A stretch of DNA of 64,000 nucleotides from Harriotta raleighana (taxonomy: Eukaryota), in the NCBI GenBank assembly GCA_050575255.1, contig JBNZDD010013567.1:652842-716841 (forward strand), read 5' to 3'. The notes beneath the pieces are model-generated. The model worked only from the letters and a program-made list of their open reading frames with translations, was not told where the DNA came from and searched no databases. Of the stretch, positions 37,388-51,030 are shown one piece after another. The position numbers were made by a program, and so were the translations under genes. Numbering within the stretch: the stretch's first letter is position 1; the number at the start of each line of letters is the position of its first letter.

Positions 37388-37582
37388 CGTGCACAGTGTG
37401 TAATAAATATTCAGGAAAAAAAATGCTCCTTTAATCTGGTCAGAATAGTCTTCAATGNATAAGTGTGTAATAAATATTCAGGAAAAAAAATGCTCCTTTA
37501 ATCTGGTCAGANCGTGCACAGTGTGTAATAAATATTCAGGAAAAAAAATGCTCCTTTAATCTGGTCAGAATAGTCTTCAATG
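37388..37582 (+). repeat. Triplicated 50-70 bp segment separated by Ns (probable assembly artefact)
   Basis: agtgtgtaataaatattcaggaaaaaaaatgctcctttaatctggtcaga occurs three times, with N at 37458 and 37512. Confidence 0.85.
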
Positions 37583-40500
37583 TAATAAAGCTTTTATAAC
37601 ATGCATGGCACAGAGAGCTAATTAACTGGTCAACCATTAATCTGATCTCTTCTTGCATTATAATGGATCATTTAACATGGCATTCACAGCGTATAATAAG
37701 TTCTGAGAGATATAAGTTACAAAATGATGTAACTTTAGAGTTGTGATAATGGTGATCCCATACTATTAATTAAACCATAAAGCTTTGTTAGTGGATTACA
37801 GTTGGGTATCTACAGGTCAGTGCCAGGCCTGACAAGCCACATTCAAATGAAAGAAATTGGCAGTGGATGAAAGAAGCGTTGTCATAAACAATTAAAGATG
37901 TTCCAGGATTCATCAGATGAAAGCCTCATTCGGTAAATCCTGAACATGCAATTAAATGGAATAATTAGGCATTAGGCACTTTGATGGCGTAAACATATCT
38001 TTGCCCAATATTTTCCTCAGAAAATTCCTCGACTTTGTAGGGTTTCAAACATATTTAACCTTTTCACTGCAGAGAGATCTATTACTTTTGGAATTCAATG
38101 ATACGAGCTTGATAGCGGTGTTATTGAGATTTCGGAGATTGAAGACGAGAGATGAGAATGACATTTTCGCCTTTACTGATTCATGTGTTTCTCATGTTGC
38201 AAGTTGCTTGCCACGGCATGGCCCGGTGTTTCTTACTATTACACTTAATGTCATTGATTGTCCCAAAAATCTGATGCTGCTTGTCTATGGTGAAGAGCTG
38301 AATAATTTTGAAATTGATATTTGATTCAGTTTCTCTTCCCACCTTAATGTGTTTAATTTCCCTTATAAATCCTTCAAATCAAGGGTTTGGAGGCAGATAG
38401 AAGGCCATGTAATCTCTCTCGTGCATATTTCAGTGCCAATCCTCTGTGCTACTTAGGGGTGACATTTCTACGCTTAGATTTCTCCTGACTGTTTAAAACT
38501 TTAAAATTTGGATTTCACAGCAGCCCCAAAATTTGAAGGCCAACACCATTCCAGAAGTGGAACTTCAAATCTCAATTATGTCACACAATTAAATATTAAT
38601 TTTCATTGATTTATACTCTTGATTCTTGAAATCCACCTCTGACTCCTTTAGCTCAGAGAAAGAGGTTCATGCTGCTGTTTGAAACAGTCATTTGCTGTAA
38701 TATCTTTTAAGTCTTTTCAGCTTTTGTCATTTGTATTGGAGAATAATAGCTCCTTACAAGAATTTAGGATTAATGTTTTCATTGTCACAATAATAAATCA
38801 TAAATTATAATCCTGCAATGAAAAATGTGCCACAATTTATAGGATTGTCTTAGTAACAATGATGAATCATTCTTTGAAACTCAGATATGTTTCCATGTTC
38901 CTTAAATTTAAGATTTATTCCATGAACAGTATCACAAAATAGTTCATACATATAAAAAAAAGCATATTATTTGGATATTTGTTGGAACTAAACTGTTGAT
39001 AACTTGAATTTACTATTGTTAAAATCCGAATGAATAACAATAGTGTGGGTTCCCACTGAAAACAAAAGTGTGATTGCCTTGTATAAAAAAGGACATCTTT
39101 TATATTTCTTTGCTGATACTTAATATCTATTTAATGCAAATACACACCTCGTAAATAACTTATAATTTCAGTTTCTGCATTAGAATTCTGTAAACAATTT
39201 GGAGAGATCACAATATTAAAAACTCATCATAATTATTTTACATTTACAGTACTTATCAACAATTGTCAAGGGTTTTGAAAGCCAGTATTGATCTTTTTTC
39301 CAGTAATTCACCACAGTATTTTGCACTGAATCCTCTACTGTATAAACAAGTTATTGATATGTATTTCTGTGTCAAAGAAACAGGGCCTGATCTATTGGCA
39401 TTGACTGTATCACGGTGATCAGTCTTCATTATCCAAATTATCAAAGAAAAACACTCAGATTGGAGAGACTATGAAATTCGGTATTTAGGGAAGAAAAATT
39501 GCTGTGAAATATCATACTATAATTATCATGGGAATTCAATATCCCACAGGTGAAATAGACTGACTTGCCACAAGGGAGGAGTAGAAAGTCAATAGGTTAA
39601 TGGAAGTATGTGACAAATTCCCACAAGATTGTTTAGGAAGGAAATCATATAAAGACTCTTCTGGGAAACTGGATGCACATTGACCAACCAGCTGGATCCT
39701 GTTGTGAAATTGATCACATTAGAGGGGAGTTGAGATGTGCTTACAGTCTCCTTATTAAGGAACCCTGTTAGAAATCACTATATATTAGAGGACGTTGACA
39801 TTGATACCTTCATACTATTCACGGAGAGGAAGGCAGATTGTCCTCATTGCATGTTGGATTTATGAATAACAATAGTTTCCATAGTGATGGAATATTTGTC
39901 TTCGCCACATGTTTGCAAATTGAATTCGGGATACTAATAGTGTAAGGCTATTACAGACATATTTGTTGCAATTTCATCAATATATAAACTGGTCCGCAAC
40001 AAGAATAATAATGGAATTCCCCCCCAAAAAATAACTGGCCATTGAACCCTTGACGTTTTGTGGGACACTCACTGCGAGAAATTGGCTGCCACTTTTCGCC
40101 CACTAAACATATTATTTTTGTGAACTGTGTATTTTTTTGTGGGCAATGCAGGAAAGTAGGACCGGATATTTTTATTTTGTGGGAGTCATTAATCACATCC
40201 TCTGCTAAGGTTTCACCTTTCAGTGACACCCAATTAGCTTCCTCTCGCACATAACAGCAGTTTGTTCTTACTGCAGAGATGACATTTTGTGTTGTGATTC
40301 ACTGTGTCTCCACTTCCCTGCAGTGAGGAAGTTGTCAAACTCTTTGCTAGCACACTGATCTGGATTTTGTTTTTGACTTGATTGACTATATATCCCTTTT
40401 CTCCTGTGTGACAGCCTTTCAACGACTGTCCCAATGCCTAAATAAAGCCTTCGCTGTCTTTCATTTCTCGAGAAGGGTGACAGTAACTTAATTTATCTGT

Positions 40501-43500
40501 AAAGCTTGCAGTCGATTTGGAGCTCCATGAGTACACATCGGAAAGTTTGACTTATAGATAAAAACTCTCGACACGACTGCTTCACCAGATAGTCTGCACA
40601 TCTAGGAATGTCTGTCACCTAATTTACTTGGCTCATCTGAGTGAGTTTAATTGGTTCTCAGCCAAGCAGTAAGATGGAGCTTTGTGTGATAGAAAGGAAT
40701 CCATCTCAGGATAAGAGGGGAAAATCTCGCTGCTCATTTGCTCATTCAGTTCATCCCCGAAAGGCTTTCTTCCCAAGGCAGATTGAGAGATTCTCCTCTA
40801 TTGCCCCACTATTTCCAACAGCAGGCTTCACACAAAGCCACCAGATAACTCTTCTCTGAAGAGTAAAAAATTATGTTTCCTTGACCATCAAGGTAATGAA
40901 GCAAACTTTCAGACTAGCCTGGTTCCACCATTCCACTCTTCCCAGCTGTTTCTGCTGACAACACCAGCTCCCAGCTCCAGGAAACTAGGAGCTTTTATAC
41001 AATATTTGACTATTCCACTTCATACTTAGACGTTCAGCCTTTTGTGTTTTTATTGACTGCAGTGATTCATCATACTACTATTCTACTATTAATCAAGAAT
41101 TCTACCATACTACTATTAATCAAACTCTGATGAGATTAGACATTGTCAGGTTAATGTGTCTGAGGCTATGATGCATTCATGTATTTTCACATTATCTGCT
41201 TATTATCTGAGCTGCATAAATAGACTGTGCATTGCAACTGCTATCGAATCCAAGGGTTGGAAAGATACAGAGCTTTACAGTAAACTTTGCCTAACTTCAT
41301 CTGAAGATTTAGATGTAATGAGATCCAATCTTGTTGCCAGCCTATTAATAATAATTCATTTCCAATGATTCCCAAATTTTGTGATGCAACAAAAGATGCG
41401 ATTTCTTTCTTTAAGAGAAAGGATTGGCGTTGGCATTCACATCCAGATATATTTGAATATTCTTCTTGGTTCCGCTCAGTTTACATGGTGTTTGTCTGAG
41501 GGAAAATTGCAGTTGGGACTCTCTGAAGACTCAGAGATTCTCTATTATTAAGAAAAAATATATCCTCCCAGAGGCAGACTTCAAACAGAGATTCAGTAGT
41601 TAGCCTAAGCTTTCAACTTCCACATACATAGAGACAACAGCACAGGAGTGAGCAGAGAGAAGTATACACTTCCAAATAAAATAAAAATTGCTGCCAACAT
41701 GAAAAATACTATATAAATGTAAATCACAGCTGTTGTACGTAGATTTTGTGTTTATCTGCTTTGTGTATGAATACCATTTTATACATGTTTTGTTTTTCGG
41801 TGGCTTTAATCTTTGCTTACTTTGGACTACATTCCCTGCAGTGTTTCTGGCAGTGATGTGCATTTTGATATTTCTGTTTGTAAATGACTGTAAAATTGAA
41901 TCCCTCATGGGTGTTCTTTTTGCCTGATAATGCTGAAAGTGATTGTAATGTGAAATGACAGGTCGACCGTCAAACATTTTGGAAAGCCAAAAAGATTGAC
42001 GCTATTTTAGTGCCATTCAGTTTGCAGTTTAAAACAGCCCCTGCTATTATAACTATATTTTCATCTTCTACACCTGAGCATTATTATTATTATGTTGGAA
42101 GGGCTATCTTGTGACCAATGAAGCATCAAATTTCATAAACCCCTTTCCTGCCCCCTGACTCTCACTTCTCACTGAAAATAATAATACTCTTTGCATCTCT
42201 TATAATGCCTTACCACATTGTTGAAACGTCTTAAAGCGCTTCACAGAATATATTGTAAAGTGAATTGATTGTATATTTGTGTGTGAAATGTTTATGGAGG
42301 GGCGATACCTTCAAATAAAGTAATATTTTTAGAGCCCAACAAATATTTATTAATAACCTCCACAATTGACAATTCTAGAAGTCATTTGGTGGAAATTAAT
42401 GTCGTGTGTGTGGCATTTGCCTAATGTCACTCCTTCCTGCAAATACTCTTTTATACATATGTTTCTGATTTCACTTCATCATTGCTTTTTAATGTTTTCC
42501 CATTGTTAGTCTTCACTAAAATCTAGTATAGGTTCAGGCTATTCAAACCAAGTGCTGATTGTAAGGGAACAAACCATTTCATTTCCTCCCAGTGGGAGTG
42601 ACAACAAATCAAAGTTAAAGGTCATCGGGGTTCAGTATTAACCACTGCCTAAACTAATTCCTTAATATATCCAGAAAACCTGAGCATTCACACTATCCAT
42701 ACATCCGTTTAGACCAGTAGTGTGTGAATGAATCTTGCACAATACCAACAACAAAATTACATTTATAGAGCGCCTTTCAGGTCGAGAGGACGTCCCAAGA
42801 TGATGAATGAGAGGGAATAATAAGAAGGAGCTCTGTGGATTGAGCAGTGAATGATATAGGGAGTGGTAGTTGAACTGAATAGAGCATGACAAAGGGATCT
42901 CTGCACACAAAAAGGGCTAAAGTATAGTTTCTTTCAATTGCAAAGTATGTATATTGCAAATTGCAATTCAGAAAATTTTCGACAGCAGGATATGAGGGAT
43001 CTCTGGTTGTAATCTCTTGTTAATGCAAAAATGGTTGCAAGGTAATTGGGAGAGATCCAAAATCAATCTTCCTTTATAGACAGCACAAGATTAAACGGTT
43101 TGGACACCTGGCATGGAGTATTCTAATGCAGAGCCAATGAATCTGGCTTGAAATCATGTTGAATTAAAATGTCAATTAAATATTAATGAATTTCATCCAA
43201 TATCTCCATATTCAAATCATGTAGCTAAAACAGGGTGGATTTTCTTCAGCTCACGTTGCAGGCTGTAAGCTTAGTGCAAAGTCCATTCATTTAGCCCACA
43301 ACAGGTACATCCTACTCAGTACTACCTCTAAATAATATAACGTGATACTTTATCTTTCACCAAGAGGTCATCTAGTGGGTCTGCAGGAATTTATTCTGCC
43401 GGGCAAAGAAAGAGTTAATAAAAGCAGCGGTATGAACAACAACAACATCAGTTAAACAGTTGTATCAACAACAGGTTGATAAATTGTAAGGAGAAAATGG

Positions 43501-44629
43501 GGTGCGGAATTGGCACAGTTATCTCCTGAAGATGAGCGATCACCATCTCAAGCCTCCTCCTTTCCTGTGATTTCTATGATTCTATGAGTTCCAGTATAAT
43601 AATACATGACCCAAGGACCAAGATTGATAAACGTGACCTCCCCCAAAAATGTGCTTAACTCCAAACCCGCCTCAGATGCAAGGATCAAATCCGAGGATTT
43701 TTCTAAACATACAGATAATGGTGGAATTTCATATGCAAATTGCAAATCCCTCTGCTTCTCTTTGCTCTTTGCTTCAGCACTTGTGATCAGCCAGAATGAG
43801 GTGTTGCTATTTCCAGTCGTGAAGTGAAAGTGCATTGCAGCTATGATGACTCTGCCAGCTCGTTCATATGACAAATAGAATCGATTCAGTTCTGATATCA
43901 TTATAACTGCTCTTAGAGTTGAAGACAAGTGCCATGCAGAGCATGGCATTAAAAAGTTTCATAAACCCACAGATTGATATCAGGATTGATGTCACACATT
44001 TGCACAGAAGCTGGAAAGCGGTTATACCCAGGTAGTTGCAGAGAATGAGAACCCGAGAGGAGCAGCTGCCAATAAAACTCATGATTGTTTTTTTTTAATG
44101 GAAATGTTATACAGGGAATGGTTGGCAGGCAGTGGTTTCAGCAATGTCTTTGGGCACAGAAAGCAGGCCGAGTGCAAAACACAGCTCAGCATTCCCGATC
44201 GTAAACACCACCAATTGCTATCTTCAGCCATTTCATTTGCCAGTTAGAGAAGAACAGGAAGGGAAAGGGGATATAATTCTGAATATTGCTGCCTGAAATC
44301 GAGACCACATATCGACTAGTTTCGTAATAGAAAATACTTGTACCGCACATGCTTATGTTTTTATTCTGTAGAATCATATATATTGGATCTGCTTCCTGAT
44401 GTATAGTCATACATCACAGTAAAAGATTGAACTTGTGAGATAAGATATTCTTTTTCTATTAAGTGCAGGGACGCAAGCTTAGGGCAGAAAAAGCCAATTT
44501 CAGGACAGACACCAATAAGTATTTCTTTACCTCGAGGATAATTAACAGCTGGAACTAATCTTTGGAATACATAAATCACCTTAAAGATAAAATGCAGTGT
44601 TTTATGTATTAAATGTATATCTTCAATAT

Positions 44630-44825
44630 ATGCTTACTTACTCCATATGCCTAATAATAATTCCTTGGAAAAAAACAATAATAATTTGGTCATTTTCACT
44701 CCATGACTGCTTGTGGGACATGCTGTGCGGAATTGACTCCCGCGTTTCATCCACAAGTATACAGTCAATTCACTTTACAGTATATTCTGTGAAGCGCTTT
44801 GAGACGTCTAGAAGACGTGAAACCT
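44630..44825 (+). mobile_element. 5'-truncated SINE copy
   Basis: ttgtgggacatgctgtgcggaattg ... atattctgtgaagcgctttgagacgtctagaagacgtgaaa. Confidence 0.8.
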
Positions 44826-45141
44826 TCACTAAGATATTTTAAATAAACCTAAAGCAAGCCTATTAATCATTCTGACCTTTCACTGCCAGCTTCCTTTCAT
44901 GGAGAACTATTTGTCATCAGTTTATGCAGAGAATTTTTAGAGTGGGAGAAATTATTAATAATTTGGTAAGCTTCTCAAACAGTGCAAGCAATTATGGTAG
45001 TTATTAGAATGCCAGGAGCTAAATGGAGCTATTTTTACATTCTTTAAATTATCATTAAAATGGAAGATTCTTTGCAGTTATTATCACTATCGTTAATGCA
45101 GTGCTGGAAAAGTTTGGCATTGTTAGAGGTGCTATAATAAC

Positions 45142-45458
45142 ATAATAATAATAATCCTTGCATTTGATATAGAGCTTTTCACATCTTCTAGATCCCTCAA
45201 AGCACTTCACAGAATAAACTATAAAGTGAATTGACTGTATATTTGTGGGCAAAACGCTGCAGCTAATTGCGCACAGCAATATCCTACGAGCAGGATTGAA
45301 ATGTTCTAGATTGAAATGACCAATTTTTCTTACTGTGTTTTTTATCTGGGGATTATTATTGGAGTAAGAAAACTTGCCCGAGGTTTCACCGTGACCTGCC
45401 TGGATTCACACACAGGTCTCACGCTTGAAGTGCTCTAACCACTGAGCTGCAGAACTCC
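45142..45458 (-). mobile_element. tRNA-derived SINE, full length
   Basis: (aat)n ccttgcatttgatatagag ... gtgctctaaccactgagctgcagaactcc. Confidence 0.88.
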
Positions 45459-45464
45459 TACAAA

Positions 45465-45765
45465 TGAGGCATTGAAACAAGGCCTTTAGCTATCTGTTTA
45501 CTCAGGTGGATGTTAAACTTCCCATGGCACTGTTTGATAAGAAAAGTTTTTGCTGGTGTCCCAGCCAGCAATCCTCCAACCATATTCGTCATTCACTTCA
45601 TGGCTGTTTGTGGGATATTGTTATGGTCAAATGGCTGCCCTACCTGCCTGATTCATCAACAAATGCATAGCTACTACTATGTTTTACAATAATGTCTGTG
45701 AAGAACCATGAGAGGATTTTGATGATGTGATATAGCACTATATCAAATATAACTTATTATTGTTA
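45465..45765 (+). mobile_element. Older DeuSINE-type element (Deu domain, as in the SacSINE1/AmnSINE1/LmeSINE1 superfamily)
   Basis: ctcaggtggatgttaaacttcccatggcactgtttga ... gctgtttgtgggatattg ... aaatggctgcc resembles the recalled Deu-domain core ctcaggtggacgtaaaagatcccatggcactatt. Confidence 0.65.
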
Positions 45766-47569
45766 TAATGGGGGACATGTTCTGCTTATCTAAATTCTAG
45801 GCATGCATTAAATTAAGTTAAGTTCCTGAAAGCCTTTACAAATCACATTTTCACACAAGGTTTTCCTATGTAGGCTGTTTTATGTCCACGCACTAAACCC
45901 AGTCCAGGAAACAGAATAATTTCAGATATACTTTCATTTGTTATTGAAATTAGTCAGGGACCTTGTCGGTTATAGTGAGACAATAGGAATGTGATGAGGG
46001 AAGCAGCACAATTAAATTACATATTCTGAGACTCAAAAATAAATAATGGGGATATTATCAAGAAAGCTTTCCTTCAATACGCATTTTTCCTTCATACTTT
46101 TGTTTTTGCTGCAATATTTTATGGTAATAGCTGGAGACCCAATGTAAATGAGACCTTACCACTTCATTGTATGAATCATTTAAAATAGCATTGTTTGCAT
46201 TACGTGTCATAAGGGCTGGTTCTCTTAATCACCATGTACTGTATTGAGTCTTGTATCTTATCCAAGGCGGAACAGATGCGCTTTGTCAAACTGAATTTTC
46301 TGTCTCTACATTCATTCCCTCTGTCTCATGTTCCTAAAGAAAGCAATACCTACAAGACTACAATTGTTTTCCGGTTCCTAACTCAAGCGGCCATTTTTTT
46401 AAAGAAAATGTCTATTATGAAAACAAATCTCTGTTATTTCAGAATTCTCTTTTTTTATTGAAAGCATTTTATTGCGACGCTTGCAAGGCGAGTGCTCTAA
46501 CCACTGAACTACAGGACTCTACAAGTGTTGTATTGTCTGTACCAGGCTAATAGGACATAAGATTCTTCACGTACTGTGAGTGATGGTTAGAATAATAATA
46601 CTTCCGTTTGATATAGCACCTTTCATATCGGGAGCGGGTCTCAAAGTGTTCGCTGGATTTATTGTAAAGGACAGTGCCTGTATTTTGTAGGCAAACTTGT
46701 TCATTAATGACGCCAAAGAGAATTGTAAGAGAATACTCCCAAGGTCTATGAGCAATGATAGACCTGGCAGATTGGGTCTTCACAGTGAGAGATGGCAGTG
46801 GGGTGAATGGTTTTTGTTCCTGCTGTTACACCCAGTGACACCATCAATTTGCTAATCAGGTAAAATAAAGATTAGTGGTAGCTACTCTAACTCAGCTCCA
46901 AGTACTGAATATGTCTGAGAGGCACCCATGTTTCTTTTTCTCACATCAAGTACAGTAGTAACAACATCTCAGCAGGTTAGTGTCATAGACTATAGTATCT
47001 ACAAGCAGAAACTTTTCTGTCTTGTTGCACTTATACAACAAAGGGCGGCTTTCATTCCATCAGCTTTGGCTAAATTCAAGATGTCAAAATGGAAAACGCA
47101 ATTGGATTGCAAATTAAATCACTCAGCCTTTCCACATCCTTGAGTATATATTGAGTACTCCATAGCCTAATGAATGCTATTAGTTTCTTTGCATAACATG
47201 TGAGATATGTTTTTTGGCACTCTGCGTGATACATAGAAATAGATTGAGTTCTGACCCTTTTTGTGGTTTAATATTTGCCTTCTGCCAATGAGGATATTGA
47301 CAGATAGTTTGAGACGTCTAGAAGACATGAAAAGTGCTATATCAAATGCAAGCATTATTATTATTATTCAGCTATGTACTGAGTCCAGAAGTAATAACAG
47401 AAGACAATTACAATTAGATGACTAGCGATATTAGGACTTCATTTACGGCCTAAAAAGGCGATGCAGAGCCCTTCGTGAAACAATGACTGTAAGTGGAGAC
47501 TATCTTGGATGACTATTGAGAGGATCATTTCTATGTAGGTGGTGGTTGCCTCACTATCAAAGTCATTCA

Positions 47570-47984
47570 TGTAATCTTGCCCCTGCCTATCTCTCTGACC
47601 TGCTGTCTCCTTATCAGCCTGTCTGTCCCCTCCGTTCAGCGGGCTCTGGCTTGCTCCATGTCCCCCACTCAAATTGTCCTACCATCGGTGGCCAGGCTTT
47701 CAGCTTCTCTGCCCCCACACTCGGGATCTCCATCCCGCAATCCCTTGACCTTGCTTCCTCCCTTTCCTCCTTCAAGGCCGGTCTCAAGACCTTCCTCTTC
47801 AACCATGCCTTCTGCCCCCCTCCTAACTCTCCCCCCCTTTTCCACTCTCCTTGCCCCTGCCCCTACACTTCCCCCCCCACTCTCCCCCCCCCGCTCCCGC
47901 TCGAGTCTCATCCTAACTGTTCAGCGCCTTGGGATGTCCTCCCGACATGAAAGGCGCTGTATAAATATAATGTTGTTGTTGTTG
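47570..47984 (+). mobile_element. L2-clade LINE 3' fragment (ORF2 C-terminus, C-rich 3' UTR, stem-loop tail)
   Basis: LAPAYLSDLLSPYQPVCPLRSAGSGLLHVP...GGQAFSFSAP...SSLSSFKAGLKTFLF is the classic L2 ORF2 end. Tail cagcgccttgggatgtcctcccgacatgaaaggcgctgtataaat...(ttg)n. Confidence 0.9.
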
Positions 47985-50679
47985 GTAATTGTAATATAAA
48001 AGATTTTTACAGGATTGGCTGGGAGCTTGGTTTGACTCAACTCAGTTTCTGATATTTTCAGCAAACTGGTAGGCTGAGAAGGAGCAGCATTCAGACACCA
48101 TCTGGCATAATGCATAACGGCACATTGAATTTTACCAGATTATTTATTATAACATGGCAATGTTGAACATATTACCCGGTAATACATATGTGCTGAGCTG
48201 GCAATCAGTAATGTGCACTTACCTGACTGTGATGCTTGACTGCCTACAAAAGGGCAAGGCAACCCAGCGTTCAATTATCTATCTCTCATCGACTGCTAAA
48301 CCCTAAGCTCTTTAATTGCCTATGACTTCCTCTCACCGCCTTCCTACCCTCTATCAGTCACCAAATCCCACCTAAAAAATCTACCTGTTTGTCTGTGTCT
48401 TGTGAAGGGCTCCAAGATCCTATGTGAAGGGCACAATAAAATATTAAAATGGGAATACTAAAAATCCTCTTGATTTTTAAATCTTTATGAGGCAATCGTT
48501 TTTTGCTGAAACGATATAAAGTATCATCACATTAGGTTACTTCCGAGAATTCACCTCGTTAAATGGTGTCACCCTTTCTCCTTGTTCTTTTTCTCCTCAA
48601 ACAACAAAAGCATTGTCAGGCGCTTTGTCATGTTACAAGTATCCCTTTCCACATGAGAATCCGACCTGCCTATTTGCAGTCATTCATTGCGCACAACGTA
48701 CTGTAAGATCTTTTTTTCCCTGTGTCTGTTTGTTTATCACATTACAAAAGATCTTTAAAAAGTCCCAATGTTCCAGCTGACAGAGAATTAATGTATTGCC
48801 TGAGAATAGATTTTCGGCAGTGATATCTTCTCCTTATTTTCAGTTCAATTGTTGTTAAAACATAAAACAAGGATTAGCCAAGAAATCACTTAAATAGATA
48901 TTGTCACTATTGAATAGGGCTTAGAGATCTGTTTGGGTTCAAATCAGCCCAGGTGGCTGTACTAAGAATTGATATAGTGGACAGGATTGTGACCACCTCT
49001 ACAATCAAAAAGGATCTGACTTTGAGCACCTTTCTAATTTTAATTCGCTTAGCCTACCCTCTAGGATACATTTGCATTAAGATTTATACCACTGTGTACA
49101 GCAATTCTGAACACATTTTTATTTTTATTTATTTGAACAAAAAGTGGGACAAAAATAAATTAGAAACATCACATCGCCACAAAATTCATACGCAATTAGC
49201 ATTTTTTCTTTTAACAAGACAAACATTTAGCATAAACATTTCTCTTCATATTAAAACAGAAACATCACAAGGCGCTACAAATCCAGTGACACTTATCAAA
49301 TGCCATGCTGCACAATTTTAAAGTCTGACAATATATACTTTACAAATCCATATTTCATATCAAGCAATATATCCAATTAAAAAAAGATAGATGAACAAAT
49401 ATCACTACATTTCAGTGAATTAATTAATCTAACCAAGAAAAAAAACTCCAGCGTGACTGACAAAAGTAGAGTGAATCACAGTTCTATCACAGAGTTAAAT
49501 CATTTGTCACTATTGCCCCACTGTTCAGAATGATGTTCAGAATGAAAATGGAGCAACTTAATTATATTAAGTTTTTTATTCGTCTACAAACACTTCGTCA
49601 CTACACTTGACAGCAATCCCCTGTGAAGAGCAATTGTGATGTTTCAATGTTTTATGCCAGGATTTTATTTTGCATTCAAACCCTCAACCTGATTAATGCT
49701 AAAATATATTGGCATCTTTTATCAGCTCGGAGTAGTTCAGCAGCTGAACTGACATCTTTGGACCTTCGGGAGATCAATCCAGTCAAAGAATGTCACTAGA
49801 GGTGGTGCAGTGAAGATGATTCAGAGGTGAGTGTATTAAGTTCATAGTGTGTTGAGAATCTTACTGTGAAATCACAAACACGTCAAAGCAGGAAAATTTA
49901 AGTAAGCAATTACCTGTGTATGAATGCAATTATTAAGAACGTTTTCCTGTCAAACATACTGTGGTTTAATGCGTTTACTGCTAGGTGGAAATGTAGAAAG
50001 GTGAATGTTTTGCTGCTTTTCTATCATGACTTAATTCTATGTATCTTATTTCCTCTGTCCGCCCACAGATGTTTACCCTTTGTATTTCTACTTCAACTGG
50101 TATCTTGGAGACCAAGTCAGCATAGTATAAATGCTTTCACAACATCTGCTCGAAAACCTGCTGCATTCTGAAAATAGATGCAGTAGCAATAGATACATTA
50201 AAATGTAAGGATTATTCAGTATTTACTGGAAGGAAAGGCAAAATGACAGTTTTTTGTCCAAGGAAAGGTTCATCCATGAGTCACTCTCACATAACAAGAC
50301 AGCTCAGAACTGAGTGAACTTATCATGCATTTGGGAGGGTTGTCTGAATTAACATTTAGCCTCTTAACAATAAATCAACACTCTGCCTCACAGAAATCAT
50401 AGCAATGTGAAGGTGAAGTGCTTTTGCAGCATCCCAGCAAATTCTCCGCACTTCCCATCACAGTAGCAGTGAACATTGAGTCTAATGTTTCACAATTTCT
50501 AATCACTCGTGAGTTACAGTATCATCCATTTATTGGAACCACACAACACTGAACCCTTGGACTCTGTTCAGTAGGTTGGATCAGAGTTTTGGTGGGGGAT
50601 GTGACATACTTTCAGGAAGAGGCGAGGTTTGCAAATCAGCGTCACTGTTAAATTCCTATTACCAATTGCCATAATTTAA

Positions 50680-51030
50680 ACAAAGGAACAGGAGTAGGCT
50701 ATTTAGCCCTTCGTACATGTTCCACCATTTAACTACTAGACCACGGCTGATCTATACCTCAACGAATTCTTTCAATTTCAATTTCCTGCTTTCTCCCCAT
50801 ATTCCTTAATATATACCCTGACCTACCAAAAATCTATCAACCTCAATCTTGAAAGGGTGGATGAATCCAGCATCCACAGCTTTTAGGGGAGAGTATTCCA
50901 GATTTTTACCACCCTATCAAATCCTTTTATCGTCTTAAATACCTCAATCAAATCACCCCTCAGTCTTCTAAACTCAAGTGAATACAGTCCAAGTTTACAC
51001 AGTGTTTCCTCGTAACTTAATCCTTTTAAG
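50680..51030 (-). mobile_element. CR1-clade LINE 3' fragment
   Basis: ggaacaggagtaggctatttagcccttcg ... ggctgatct ... tctccccatattcctt ... gcatccacagc ... ttccagatt resembles the reverse complement of fish/shark CR1 3' ends. Confidence 0.7.

Noticed and set aside
41120-41150. CTGATGA hammerhead or box C/D-like cores (also near 22953 and 57646)
   Set aside because: No supporting helices or properly placed GAAA or partner boxes could be built by eye; an Infernal/Rfam scan would be needed to rule them in.
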